Source: a virus (taxonomy: Duplodnaviria; Caudoviricetes). Taken from it: a stretch of 64,000 bases of DNA. Below the pieces are notes generated by a model, which ran no database searches, was not told where the DNA came from, and was given only the letters and a program-made list of their open reading frames with translations. The position numbers and the translations under genes are program-made. Below, piece by piece: positions 1 to 10,172 of this stretch. Positions within the stretch are counted from its first letter, which is position 1, and each line of letters opens with the position of its first letter. The stretch covers positions 128,001 to 192,000 of IMG/VR virus record IMGVR_UViG_3300023213_000432. One strand, given 5' to 3'.

Positions 1-117
1 GCCGTCCCATTTGACTACTTCAGGATGTTCAGGGTAGGCTCGAGTTATTAGTCCATCTTTTCCAAAAGTATTGCGATTAGTATTTGTTAAATCAAAGTAA
101 ATATCAATTTTAAACAT
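1..117 (-). CDS. hypothetical protein, 5' part (runs off left edge)
   Basis: Manual translation MFKIDIYFDLTNTNRNTFGKDGLITRAYPEHPEVVKWDG, open to the window edge and co-directional with neighbouring minus-strand ORFs. Confidence 0.4.
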   Translation of the reverse strand, partial: MFKIDIYFDLTNTNRNTFGKDGLITRAYPEHPEVVKWDG

Positions 118-135
118 CCCATTAGTGAAATGTTC

Positions 136-330
136 CTATATTCTGGCTGCTTGCCAAATTAGTTGTCGTTCCCCGAAAGTGAAATTGATGTCCGCATGAA
201 GTGTTTCTAAGTAGGTATATGGTAGAGAATAATCAGGCTGATGGAATAAAAACTTAGGCGGGAGTAATCGAATGCCTGAACGATATAAGAAATAGTAGAT
301 GTTAGCTACGAGTTTCCGGAGCCATTTCAT
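136..330 (-). CDS. hypothetical protein
   Basis: 64-aa ORF tiling with adjacent minus-strand ORFs. Confidence 0.45.
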   Translation of the reverse strand: MKWLRKLVANIYYFLYRSGIRLLPPKFLFHQPDYSLPYTYLETLHADINFTFGERQLIWQAARI

Positions 331-464
331 TAAACTATACCAAATTAATCAATTGCGATGAATATATACATCATTGGAACGCCACAAACAGGACGTTCTA
401 CATTGGCAATTACGATCTGTGATTAAATAGTGGGCGCTCCTATAAAGAAAGTCCTGAAGAAACT

Positions 465-635
465 TCAATCAGGAAGTTCATCGAACATTGCATCGACTAA
501 TTGATCGAATACTTTCTTGGAATAATCTTCTATGTCAGCCTCATTCTGATCTTCTGCTGCTAACTTTTTGATTAAAGTATTTTGTTTGGTTTCCAAAATA
601 AGTTGTTGAAGTTTTTGTTTTCTAGGTTTGTTCAT
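465..635 (-). CDS. small hypothetical protein (56 aa)
   Basis: Manual translation MNKPRKQKLQQLILETKQNTLIKKLAAEDQ...ELPD; start overlaps the stop of 632..1912 (ATGA coupling). Confidence 0.45.
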   Translation of the reverse strand: MNKPRKQKLQQLILETKQNTLIKKLAAEDQNEADIEDYSKKVFDQLVDAMFDELPD

Positions 636-1912
636 TGTTCAAATTTCCTTTCAATAAGTTGGGCAATCAAAATTAATATTTCTGCAACGCCTCGCACCAT
701 CTTTGGAATAGATCTAACTTCTGTCCTTAACTCATTAAGTGGGGCTCGAACCTCTATCGGTATTGCTGGTAACTCAAGCCAACCTGTTTCATCTAATTGT
801 TTGAGTTTATCTCTTAAAGCATAGAGATTAATCAGTTCTGTGAAAAAACTTTTATAGTGATTTCGGATAGCCTGATCTTCTTTTTTGATAGCAGCTTCTA
901 GCGCTGATTTATTGGAGTGGGAAGGGGACGCTCTCATTAACTGTTTGGCTGCATTGGTTGCATCTATTATCGGTTGTAATTCCGCGGGCGGATTTTTCTT
1001 GATTGATTTTTGTTTATCGCTTTTAAGGCTTGCTAATCGTTGAGTTAAATGAATAATATAACTAGATAAAGTACTTTGAGCTTTCTCTTCTCTAAGTTTC
1101 TTGGCTCTTTCTATAACTACACTCATTCGTTTTTCTTCTCTGGCAGTCGGATCTTCAGTGCCCCTTTCCTTTTCTGTTCTCCCATACCAACTCTTTTGAC
1201 GACTTCGAGATTTAATACGATACTCTTCTCTACGAACTGGATCCTCCATAATCATTCGATAATTGTGTCGAGATGTCTCGATTAGTCTTTGATATTCGGG
1301 ACTGTTTTTGGCGAACTTTCGGAGCCATTTGATTTGGTCAAGATATTTGCTTCGAGCCCGGAGCAATTGTTCAATTTTATCTCCCGTGAAATGAAGTTTG
1401 GTATCTCCACGATCTATTGCGTCTTGATTAAGATCTTTGGCAATCTCTAATTTTTTTAAAGCGCTAACGTCAATATCGCCCACAGCGGATTGAAAACGAT
1501 CGTTAGCGTCTTCTACCATATTAGCCAAGAGTTCTCGGAATTTAACCGGATCAAATTCTTCATCAAATCCTTGTTCGGGGGACACATTCAAATATTCATT
1601 ACTCTGAATGCGCTCGTACCTGGTTTCCAAAGTATTGACGAGATCCCCCAAATTTTGCATACCTTCTTCGGAAAGGCTTTCGATACTAATTTTCAACGCT
1701 TCAACCAACTCTTTATAGCCTGATAAGAAAGTTTCAAATTGCTCAAAAAGTTCTTCATCCCGAATGTCGTATTGTTCGGCTTTTGCCAATAGTTCTTGTT
1801 GTGTGGCGGCAAAGCGAACAATCTGGTAATCCCAGTGAGCATCTGCACTAAAATTAGTAATAATTGTGCATAATTGTGCAATTTTGTCAAGTTCGTAAGT
1901 AATCGTTTGCAT
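632..1912 (-). CDS. coiled-coil hypothetical protein, related to 3926..4513
   Basis: 426-aa ORF, helical and charged; shares RQ(K/R)xWYxR...TL..L.Q.(L/I)A..K segment with 3926..4513. Confidence 0.7.
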   Translation of the reverse strand: MQTITYELDKIAQLCTIITNFSADAHWDYQIVRFAATQQELLAKAEQYDIRDEELFEQFETFLSGYKELVEALKISIESLSEEGMQNLGDLVNTLETRYERIQSNEYLNVSPEQGFDEEFDPVKFRELLANMVEDANDRFQSAVGDIDVSALKKLEIAKDLNQDAIDRGDTKLHFTGDKIEQLLRARSKYLDQIKWLRKFAKNSPEYQRLIETSRHNYRMIMEDPVRREEYRIKSRSRQKSWYGRTEKERGTEDPTAREEKRMSVVIERAKKLREEKAQSTLSSYIIHLTQRLASLKSDKQKSIKKNPPAELQPIIDATNAAKQLMRASPSHSNKSALEAAIKKEDQAIRNHYKSFFTELINLYALRDKLKQLDETGWLELPAIPIEVRAPLNELRTEVRSIPKMVRGVAEILILIAQLIERKFEQ

Positions 1913-1932
1913 TACATGTTATATCTCAAATT

Positions 1933-3045
1933 ATGGCTATTAGATTAAGTAATACAACCATTGATCAAAAATTATATGGTTATAGCATTCGACGCCTTGA
2001 TGATTGTAGCAACGCTAAAATAACTGATAAAGTAATGTGGTCGTGTTTAAATTGCGGACATGCATGGAAAACAACTATACGCAAAATTGTGTGGAAAGAA
2101 ACGGGTTGTCCCCAATGCGCCGGTAATATTAAATTATCTAATGCAATAATTGATCAAAGATTAATTAATAGAGACATTCGAAGAATTGGTGATTATGTTA
2201 ATGCTAATAGTAAGATTGAATGGCAATGTTTAAATTGTAAATATATGTGGATCACAACACCCAGAAGTGTTGTGGATCTTAAAACTGGATGTCCATTTTG
2301 TGCAGGCAATTTACGATTAACAAATCAAATAATTGATCAGAAATTAATTGGGCGGAATATCCAAAGAATTGAAAATTATAATGGCGCTCATTTAAAAATA
2401 CTTTGGAATTGCATGACTTGTAATTATGAGTGGAGCGCAACACCTGGCCACATTCTTAATGGTGGTCGTGGGTGTCCTCGATGTGCTAATAATATTCGCT
2501 TGACCAACGAAATAATAGATCAAAGATTGATTAATAGGTCAATCAAGAGGATCGGCGAATATTATAACTCCTGCACCAAAATTGACTGGCAATGTTTGAC
2601 ATGTATGCATCGCTGGAAAGCGTTGCCACCTAATGTTGTTAGTCTCGAAAAGGGATGTCCAAAATGTAGTACCATAGGTATCAATGAAGCGTTAATGATC
2701 AGTATTTTTCATCAATATAATTTAGAATTTGAACCCCATTATTCTATTAGAAATATAGATAATGTAGAGCGCAATCTTATTTTTGATACCTATTTCCCTC
2801 TAATAAAATTGGCCATTGAATATAATGGAAAACAACATTATATTCCAACAGGGTTTTTCAATAGTGATAATCCTGAAGAAGAGTTTAAAAAACAGCAAGA
2901 AAGAGATGAATATAAAAGATTATTCTGTAAGAGAAATTCAATCCAATTAATAGAAATTGATGGTAGAAAATTCTACAATGAAAGACTCAAAAAGTATCTA
3001 ATATATGATGTGGTGCCCATGATAAAGGAAATGGGTATTAAATGA
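1933..3045 (+). CDS. zinc-ribbon-repeat protein with C-terminal PD-(D/E)XK/Vsr-like nuclease domain (putative homing endonuclease)
   Basis: Four ~61-aa repeats (IDQ.L...W.C..C...W...GCP.C) followed by FDTYFPLIKLAIEYNGKQHY. Confidence 0.75.
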   Translation: MAIRLSNTTIDQKLYGYSIRRLDDCSNAKITDKVMWSCLNCGHAWKTTIRKIVWKETGCPQCAGNIKLSNAIIDQRLINRDIRRIGDYVNANSKIEWQCLNCKYMWITTPRSVVDLKTGCPFCAGNLRLTNQIIDQKLIGRNIQRIENYNGAHLKILWNCMTCNYEWSATPGHILNGGRGCPRCANNIRLTNEIIDQRLINRSIKRIGEYYNSCTKIDWQCLTCMHRWKALPPNVVSLEKGCPKCSTIGINEALMISIFHQYNLEFEPHYSIRNIDNVERNLIFDTYFPLIKLAIEYNGKQHYIPTGFFNSDNPEEEFKKQQERDEYKRLFCKRNSIQLIEIDGRKFYNERLKKYLIYDVVPMIKEMGIK

Positions 3046-3929
3046 GCATCAAACCACCATTCCCTTACTTTGGTTCAAAACGACAAGTTGCCGACACAAT
3101 TTGGCAGGGTTTGGGACAGATTTCCAACTATGTAGAACCCTTTGCAGGAAGTTTAGCGGTCTTATTGGCCAATTCATCAATTCCCAAAATCGAAACTGTT
3201 AATGACAAAAATTGCTTTGTCTCTAATTTCTGGCGAGCTGTCTCTAATAATCCCGACACTATTATTCAGTATGCTGATTACCCTATTCATGAAGATACTT
3301 TGCATGCTCGCCATCAATGGTTAGTTTCTTCTGCAACAGATGAGTTCCGCAAAAAGATGAATTCAGATCCTAACTATTATGATGCCAAAATCGCAGGATA
3401 TTGGATATGGGGTATGGGAGCCTCTATTGGTAATAATTGGCTTAACACAAAAGGATTAAAAGCTACTCCATTATTATCTTCAGCTGGTGGCGGTATTCAT
3501 GGTCTTACATACAATATTAGGGAACAATTCAATATACTTCAAAAACGATTGCGGCGGGTCAGAGTATGTTGCGGCGATTGGAAGAAAATTTTAACGCCAT
3601 CTATTACTTATTCTAATAAGGGGCTAGCATCCAAAGATATTACAGCGGTCTTTTTAGACCCACCATATATTCAACTGGGTCGCGACCAAGTCTATCAAGA
3701 GGATAATGACGTCTTCAAGAATGTAGTGAATTGGGCTATTGAGAATGGCGATAATCCTCGAATGAGAATTGCTGTTTGTGGATATGAAGGAGATCATGGC
3801 TTCCCCAATACTTGGCGAGAGTATGCTTGGAAAGCAAATGGTGGAATGGGTAATCTAGGAAACGATCGTGGCAAGGATAATGCTAATAGAGAAAAAATAT
3901 GGTTTAGTTCTAATTGTCTCGAAGTTTAA
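3042..3929 (+). CDS. DNA adenine methyltransferase (Dam/D12 class)
   Basis: Motifs FPYFGSK, YVEPFAGS (SAM-binding) and FLDPPY (catalytic). Confidence 0.85.
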   Translation: MSIKPPFPYFGSKRQVADTIWQGLGQISNYVEPFAGSLAVLLANSSIPKIETVNDKNCFVSNFWRAVSNNPDTIIQYADYPIHEDTLHARHQWLVSSATDEFRKKMNSDPNYYDAKIAGYWIWGMGASIGNNWLNTKGLKATPLLSSAGGGIHGLTYNIREQFNILQKRLRRVRVCCGDWKKILTPSITYSNKGLASKDITAVFLDPPYIQLGRDQVYQEDNDVFKNVVNWAIENGDNPRMRIAVCGYEGDHGFPNTWREYAWKANGGMGNLGNDRGKDNANREKIWFSSNCLEV

Positions 3930-4513
3930 TGTTCGTATTGAATAATTACTTCTTCTAATTTCTGACCTATGTGATCTAATGTATTGGCAATGGCTTTTTG
4001 CCCGCCCTCTTTAGTTTCTTGTTGTAGATTTACAATTTCAGCAATCATCTCTGTTAATAGGACGATGGGATTGGGGGCGCCCCACAAAAGTTGTTTAATA
4101 CTTTTTCGCAAATTATAGAGACGAGGCACTATTCTTTCAAAACTTGATAATTTGGTCGGATCAATGTTCCTACTAAGATTGGTTTTAGTATCAGCAATCT
4201 GTTGTCGAAGTTTTACAGATAATCCTTCCAATGTATTCGAGCGCATCTGTTGTTTTTTCTGCTCCCATTTCTTCTCTTCAAGTTGTTGTAGTTTTTCAGG
4301 ATCCACGCGCTCATACCATTTACGCTGACGTTCTTTCAATCCTTCGCGGTGTTTTTCCATTGCTTCAGGATTTGTTTTACGAATCTCTTGTTCAATGAGG
4401 TAGCGTTCTTTTCTTTTGGCAGGATCTTCCACCAATCCAAGATCCAATGCTTCGTTCTCAAAATCAGTAGCGAGCCTCAATAGATAATCAACGTACCCCA
4501 TAAGAACATACAA
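3926..4513 (-). CDS. hypothetical protein, related to 632..1912
   Basis: 195-aa ORF with shared RQRKWYER motif. Confidence 0.6.
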   Translation of the reverse strand: MYVLMGYVDYLLRLATDFENEALDLGLVEDPAKRKERYLIEQEIRKTNPEAMEKHREGLKERQRKWYERVDPEKLQQLEEKKWEQKKQQMRSNTLEGLSVKLRQQIADTKTNLSRNIDPTKLSSFERIVPRLYNLRKSIKQLLWGAPNPIVLLTEMIAEIVNLQQETKEGGQKAIANTLDHIGQKLEEVIIQYEH

Positions 4514-4542
4514 TTTTATTCACGAGCACCAAAGGAAGCTAT

Positions 4543-5724
4543 ATGCAAGTCATTTACTACGATGATAATATGCCATACAAATTTAGTAAAAGTCTATTTC
4601 TAGCCGGCCCTTCACTTCGCGCTGGACAAGAAGGCACTTCGTGGCGCAAAGATGCCCTTCAAATTTTACAGGACATTGGATACGACGGAATTGTATTTTG
4701 TCCTGAGACTCGCGATGGTGTTTTTGATGAAAACGTAGATCATGAGAAAATCATTGGTTGGGAAGATCAGTATCTCAATATTGCTGATGTTATTGTTTTT
4801 TGGGTGCCAAGAGATCTTTCTTTTGATAAGAATGGCACGCTTAAATTACCGGGTTTAACTACTAACGTAGAATTTGGGCGTTACGAAAATTCTGGCAAAA
4901 TCGTTTTTGGTGCTCCCGAAGATGCAGAAAAGGTTTCTTATCTAAAGCATTATGCAGAAAAATATAGCGTGCCTGTCTGTTCTACTCTCACAGAAACACT
5001 GGAAGTTGCTTTGAAAAGAATTGGTGAGGGAGCAGAACGGTCTCTCGGAGAACGTTATATTCCCCTTCATCTTTGGAATAATTCTTCCTTTCAAGACTGG
5101 TATCAATCCCAGACAAAAGCAGGTAATCGTTTAGAAACTGCTCAACTTCTTTATACTTTCCGTCCAAACCATAAAGATATATTTCTTTGGATATTGAAAG
5201 TAAATGTTTGGATCAATTCCGAGCAACGTTTTAAAAGCAACGAATTTGTCCTATCAAGAAGTGATATTAGTTCTGTTTTGATGTGGAAGCCTCACGAAGA
5301 TTTAATGCAATCCGAAATTGTTTTGGTGCGAGAGTTCCGATCTCCTGCTGTTACGGAGGACGGGTTTATCCATGAACTTCCCTCGGGTTCTTCTCGAAAA
5401 GATATGGAACCAAAGGAGAATGCTCTTCATGAAATTCAAGAAGAAACGGGAATTGTTATTGATCAAAGCCGCCTTCAATTTCATGAAGCTCGACAATTAG
5501 CTGGGACTCTTTCCGCTCATAAGTCGCATCTCTATTCTGTGAAATTAACCGAAGAAGAAATAAGTTGGCTCAAATCTCAAAAGAACGTTTCTCGAGGTGT
5601 TGAAAAAGATAGTGAAAAAACGTGGATTGAAGTGATGGAGTTGCGCGATATTTTGAAAAATGAGTTCGTGGATTGGAGCAATTTGGGAGAAATTTTGTCG
5701 GTAGTATTTGCCCTAAGAAATTAA
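4543..5724 (+). CDS. nucleoside 2-deoxyribosyltransferase-like / NUDIX hydrolase fusion
   Basis: N-terminal LFLAGP..WR..PE..WE..ADVIVFW..TTNVEFG; C-terminal NUDIX box ELPSGSSRKDMEPKENALHEIQEETG. Confidence 0.8.
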   Translation: MQVIYYDDNMPYKFSKSLFLAGPSLRAGQEGTSWRKDALQILQDIGYDGIVFCPETRDGVFDENVDHEKIIGWEDQYLNIADVIVFWVPRDLSFDKNGTLKLPGLTTNVEFGRYENSGKIVFGAPEDAEKVSYLKHYAEKYSVPVCSTLTETLEVALKRIGEGAERSLGERYIPLHLWNNSSFQDWYQSQTKAGNRLETAQLLYTFRPNHKDIFLWILKVNVWINSEQRFKSNEFVLSRSDISSVLMWKPHEDLMQSEIVLVREFRSPAVTEDGFIHELPSGSSRKDMEPKENALHEIQEETGIVIDQSRLQFHEARQLAGTLSAHKSHLYSVKLTEEEISWLKSQKNVSRGVEKDSEKTWIEVMELRDILKNEFVDWSNLGEILSVVFALRN

Positions 5725-6057
5725 ATGTTTAAATCTCAAGATTATATATATTTGGGGTATGATTCAAAAACAGATCAATTTCGATACGAAACCACTATCG
5801 TGGATGATGATTTTACTGAAATAGTTATCGCTGCCGCCTCCGCTGATGCTATAAGAGCCGTTGTACGAGCCGCTGTCTTGATCGATGTTTATTCTCGAAG
5901 AAATCTCAACGTAGCTGGTAACTTAGCGTTATTAATGCAATACGTAGAAAATAAGTTATGGATGGATATTAAACAGCAAATTGAAGAGTATCAGAAATTT
6001 GTTCCCGCATATCCAAAATACCATGACCAAGTGATGGACTATCTAATATTTATGTGA
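5725..6057 (+). CDS. dispersed paralog family protein, copy 1
   Basis: Family motifs DDDF.E, LID.YSRRNLNVAGNL, KYHDQVMDYLIF. Confidence 0.85.
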   Translation: MFKSQDYIYLGYDSKTDQFRYETTIVDDDFTEIVIAAASADAIRAVVRAAVLIDVYSRRNLNVAGNLALLMQYVENKLWMDIKQQIEEYQKFVPAYPKYHDQVMDYLIFM

Positions 6058-6287
6058 GGATCATAAACGCATTTTTCAGCATCTTGATATGCTGGACGAT
6101 GACAATCTAATTGGCACTGAAAGAAAGTTTTTATTTAAGTGTGAAGATTGTGAAATGATTGTAAGTGCATCCTTTTCTACTGAAGAAGATTTTATAAAGA
6201 TTGCTGAAAATTTATTAGATCTTACATGCCAATGTGAAGGAATTATGAAAGTTTTACGAGATTAATTATTAAAAAATTGAGGTAAAT

Positions 6288-7004
6288 ATGAAAGGCGCCA
6301 TTTACGTTTCTAAATCAGAGAACGCAAAAATTGCAGGCTCCAATCCCATTGATTGCACTTATGTTTCTATTAAACGAAGTTGCCCCGACACTTGCTCACT
6401 ACGAGATAATAAAACGTGTTATGCGGAAAATGGGCATGTGGGTTTTACCGTTCAAAAGTTAGATCATCGGGCTCGTGGATTGTCAGCATTGCAAGTAGCT
6501 AGGGCGGAAGCCAAAGCCATTGATGATGCTTATAAAGGGAAAGAATTTCCTAAAGGCAGAAATTTGCGCCTTCATGTTTCGGGAGATAGTCGCACCATTA
6601 AAGGTACTAGATTGCTTAACAAAGCTATTCAACGCTGGAAACAGCGCGGTGGCGGTAGTTGTTGGTCCTATACTCATGCTTGGAAACGGGTACCGAGAAT
6701 AGAATGGAAAGATGTCAGTATCTTGGCTTCCATCGAACGAGTAGAAGAAGCATTGGAAGCCCGAAAACAAGGATACGCTCCCGCTTTAGTAGTGCCAGAA
6801 CATATTAGTGATAAGTCCTATAAACTGCCCAATTCAGAAATCAAATGGATACCTTGCGTAGCACAAACAAGAAACATACCATGTTCTGATTGTAAATTAT
6901 GTTTTAATGCAGATAGGTTGTTTGAGGGTGGATTTGGAATTACATTTGCGGTGCATGGGGCAAGAAAAAATTCTTTGAAAAGACATTTACAGGTTCTTCA
7001 ATGA
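6288..7004 (+). CDS. Cys-rich phage protein, Gp88-like (possible Fe-S/Zn binding)
   Basis: CPDTC..CYA, LRLHVSGD, WSYTH, CSDCKLC motifs; family assignment from memory. Confidence 0.5.
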   Translation: MKGAIYVSKSENAKIAGSNPIDCTYVSIKRSCPDTCSLRDNKTCYAENGHVGFTVQKLDHRARGLSALQVARAEAKAIDDAYKGKEFPKGRNLRLHVSGDSRTIKGTRLLNKAIQRWKQRGGGSCWSYTHAWKRVPRIEWKDVSILASIERVEEALEARKQGYAPALVVPEHISDKSYKLPNSEIKWIPCVAQTRNIPCSDCKLCFNADRLFEGGFGITFAVHGARKNSLKRHLQVLQ

Positions 7005-7122
7005 GATGTATATTAATGATGATTATGTGTTCTGGATGTTATACGTTTAGTTATAGCGAGAACCGATGTGTTCGTTCAGGCTATTATGAAATGAGTGATG
7101 GCAAAATGGTTCCTATGTATCG

Positions 7123-7386
7123 ATGCACTTCAACAGGCGATATATGACTATCATTCAGTGGCAAGTTTGTATTTCTGATTGGAGTCTGGATGCCAAGCAT
7201 TATACGAAACCGATCCCAGACACTGGAAAGATTGATCATCGAACTGTTCGGGCAAAAACATTCGATACAGAACGAGAAGCTATTAAATATGCAGAGAAAT
7301 ATCTAAAAGATCGAGAAGACATTGAATGGTTAGCTAGTTTAGAGGTTAAGAAATGCACGACGGAAATAATCAAAAAATTGAAATAA
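7123..7386 (+). CDS. hypothetical protein (likely start 7144)
   Basis: ORF track; ATG at 7144 overlaps the stop of a small upstream ORF (7001..7147). Confidence 0.5.
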   Translation: MHFNRRYMTIIQWQVCISDWSLDAKHYTKPIPDTGKIDHRTVRAKTFDTEREAIKYAEKYLKDREDIEWLASLEVKKCTTEIIKKLK

Positions 7387-8735
7387 ATATAAGAACTAAA
7401 GAAGAACGAAATAGCCTACGAGAAGATATGTTTTTAGAACGTAACGGCATGCGTGGCGCTCCTAAAATGGAACTTGCGCTTAGTAATGCTCTTGATCTTC
7501 TTGACGAGAAGGACAAGAAAATCGCAGCTTCGAATTTCAAATTAGCTCATCTCGAAAGTGTATTGCGGGCAATTAGTCAGTGGGATATGATCAATCCGCC
7601 GAACCCAGATACATTGGCAGACGGCACATGGTTGCGGTCACTCATTGATGAAGCGTCCAATGTTCTCAGTGATAATGCTGATGAAATCGCCGCTTTGAAA
7701 GAAGATCTAGCCGATGATGTTGCATACGAGAGGCGCATTAGTGAGTTGTCGGATGCTCTTTTGCGAAAAACTTTGAAAGAAAAATGGAATCTTCTTTGGG
7801 GCCCGGAACTAGAAGATCTAGGAGCGGTTTTCGATCGTTTGCACGTCCGTATCGCTAAGCTCGAAGCTGATCTCAAAACAAAAGCAGATGAGATTGCAGC
7901 CCATGATGGCTTGTGTGACGCTATAGGCGCACAACCGTATCTTTTGGCGCGCATCAAGCAGCTCGAAAGTGTATTGGAAAAGGCGGACGTCATCCGTGAT
8001 TTAGTGCTCGAAGCTGCACCCTTGACGTGGGCAGTTGGCACGCAGTTCGAAGAACATGCGTATTGTTGGGAGAAAGAAATCACGAGCGCTAACGAAGCAT
8101 ATGACCAAGTCCGCGCCTTCGAGCGGAAGACTACGGAGGGGCACACAGGGAATCCTAAGGCGGTCACTAGGAAAGAACCTGAGTCTGTTCCATCACCGTA
8201 CATGGAACCCTCTCGTCCGGCAGAGGCTCCATCAGAGCCGGGCTCCCTTCGGGGAAAGAATGTGTGCCCGACATGTAGTCGCACCATCGGCAGTATCGGA
8301 CACCTTTATAGCGAATGTGAACGGGACTTCGAGCGCGCAGAGGGACAAGACGGCGAGATCAAGGCGGGGCAGCAAGAGCCCGAGTCCGTTCCACAAAGAT
8401 CCCTCTCGCCACGCAATACGCACGATTTCCTCGCACGCATCGTTTGGGACAAAAGTGAGCAGGAATGGCAGCTCTACGCTTTTCGAGATAGCGGCGATTA
8501 CGCATGGTTGTCCCCAGACGAAGATCACCAAGAAATTATATGCATATTTTCGACCAGCGCAGGACACACTTCGTACAAAAAGTTTTCGGATGCATTGAAG
8601 GCGGTGCGTGATTGGATTTTTTCAAGAGACCGATGCGTTGATCATGCAGCCGCCGGAAAAGTATCATCAGCCGATAATCGTACTAGCATTGCCGTTGAGG
8701 GTCATGGAGATGAATGGAAATATACGGGCGATTAA
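7353..8735 (+). CDS. mosaic hypothetical protein in a GC-rich segment
   Basis: 460-aa ORF, coiled-coil N-half, repeated EPESVP motif, GC well above flanks. Confidence 0.6.
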   Translation: MHDGNNQKIEINIRTKEERNSLREDMFLERNGMRGAPKMELALSNALDLLDEKDKKIAASNFKLAHLESVLRAISQWDMINPPNPDTLADGTWLRSLIDEASNVLSDNADEIAALKEDLADDVAYERRISELSDALLRKTLKEKWNLLWGPELEDLGAVFDRLHVRIAKLEADLKTKADEIAAHDGLCDAIGAQPYLLARIKQLESVLEKADVIRDLVLEAAPLTWAVGTQFEEHAYCWEKEITSANEAYDQVRAFERKTTEGHTGNPKAVTRKEPESVPSPYMEPSRPAEAPSEPGSLRGKNVCPTCSRTIGSIGHLYSECERDFERAEGQDGEIKAGQQEPESVPQRSLSPRNTHDFLARIVWDKSEQEWQLYAFRDSGDYAWLSPDEDHQEIICIFSTSAGHTSYKKFSDALKAVRDWIFSRDRCVDHAAAGKVSSADNRTSIAVEGHGDEWKYTGD

Positions 8736-8757
8736 TTTTACAGAATAAAGGTGCAAT

Positions 8758-9216
8758 ATGACAGATACATCAATTTGTGAGTATCCATTAAATACCGGTG
8801 ACGATGGATTTAGCATCGATGGAGTAATGTGTGGCCAACCAGCAACATGGATTTCGTGCATTCCATTTTCGAACACGCCCACTTGTGATGCACATAAGTG
8901 TCGATGCAGAAAACCTATTGATATACAGTCAAATAGAAATAATACAGAACCGGAAAAATCTCAACAGCTTGTCGATGCATTTTCAAAAAAGTATCCCGCG
9001 CTAGGCGAATCCATTGCGATTATTCTTCATTTTGCTCGCGAACAAACGATTGAGGAATGTGCCAAAATTTGCGACACGAAAGAGGCAGAGGAGTGCAATC
9101 TTATTAATTATCATGGATCGGTTGCGCTAGACGCTCAGGGCATAGAGCATCGGACAGCATCGAATTGTGCAGGATCTCTTGCTCGTCAAATCCGTGCGCT
9201 AAAGAATAGTAAATGA
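8758..9216 (+). CDS. hypothetical protein
   Basis: 152-aa ORF with RBS-like AAGGTG upstream, coupled to the next gene. Confidence 0.55.
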   Translation: MTDTSICEYPLNTGDDGFSIDGVMCGQPATWISCIPFSNTPTCDAHKCRCRKPIDIQSNRNNTEPEKSQQLVDAFSKKYPALGESIAIILHFAREQTIEECAKICDTKEAEECNLINYHGSVALDAQGIEHRTASNCAGSLARQIRALKNSK

Positions 9217-9452
9217 TATGGTTTGTTTATATTCTCAAATGCGCCGATAATTCTTATTATTGCGGAATTACTAATGACCTTGACAAACGTCTCAAAGCGC
9301 ATAATAATGGAACTGCCAGCAAATATACACGAGGCAGATTGCCCGTTAAATTTGTTAAAATTTGGGCAGTAACAAACAAATCTGCCGCCCTGAAATTAGA
9401 AGCCAAAATTAAAAAGTTGCCCAAGAATAAAAAACTTTCTTTTATCATCTGA
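9213..9452 (+). CDS. small GIY-YIG nuclease (UPF0213/YhbQ-like)
   Basis: FVYILKCADNSYYCGITNDLDKRLKAHNNG..SKYTRGR. Confidence 0.85.
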   Translation: MIWFVYILKCADNSYYCGITNDLDKRLKAHNNGTASKYTRGRLPVKFVKIWAVTNKSAALKLEAKIKKLPKNKKLSFII

Positions 9453-9491
9453 TATAGAGAACCTATCAACACAACCAAAAGGAAAATTAAC

Positions 9492-10172
9492 ATGAATGAC
9501 AATCTAACAGCAATTGCAGTAATTCTCGATCAATCGGGCTCTATGGGCAGCGTTTGCACCGACACTATCGGTGGCTTTAATAACTTTTTAACAGAACAGA
9601 AAAAGTTAGACGGGAAAGCCTTTCTTACATTATGCACTTTTTCCGATACTTATCAGTTGGTGCATAATTATGTTCCATTGAATGATGTTCCCGAATTAAC
9701 TACAGAAACGTATAGTCCGAGTGGATGGACAGCGCTTTTGGATGCGGTAGGAGCAACCGTAAATAGTCTCAAAAAGAAAATTGCTTCTATGCAAGAAGCA
9801 GATCAGCCAAAGAAGGTTGTTTTCGTGATTTTGACCGACGGACAAGAAAATGCGAGTGTCGAATACAAGCGTGCTCAGATCAAGAGTATGTTGGAAGAAC
9901 AACAAAGTAAGCATAATTGGCAAATAATTTTTCTTGGCGCAAATTTTGATAGTTTCGCAGAAGGGGCAAGTATTGGTGTTGCGGGTAGTAGTTTTAATTA
10001 TACCTCCAATTCCCGTGGAACTCAAAGAACTTACAGCGCCATTTCCGATTCAATCGGAGCTTATCGTTTTTCCAAATCAGCTTCTATGGATATGAATGCT
10101 TTTGCGGATTTGGACAAGGATAATCTGGCAGGAGCATCTATGATTATTCCGAAGGGCAAAGATACTAAATGA
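9492..10172 (+). CDS. von Willebrand factor A domain protein
   Basis: MIDAS motif LDQSGSM, T in GWTALLDA, ILTDGQEN. Confidence 0.85.
   Translation: MNDNLTAIAVILDQSGSMGSVCTDTIGGFNNFLTEQKKLDGKAFLTLCTFSDTYQLVHNYVPLNDVPELTTETYSPSGWTALLDAVGATVNSLKKKIASMQEADQPKKVVFVILTDGQENASVEYKRAQIKSMLEEQQSKHNWQIIFLGANFDSFAEGASIGVAGSSFNYTSNSRGTQRTYSAISDSIGAYRFSKSASMDMNAFADLDKDNLAGASMIIPKGKDTK

Noticed and set aside
7577-8598. Long alternative-frame ORFs (7577..8287, 8035..8598, 8232..8567)
   Set aside because: Shadows of the GC-rich ORF, where stop codons are scarce; no motifs.
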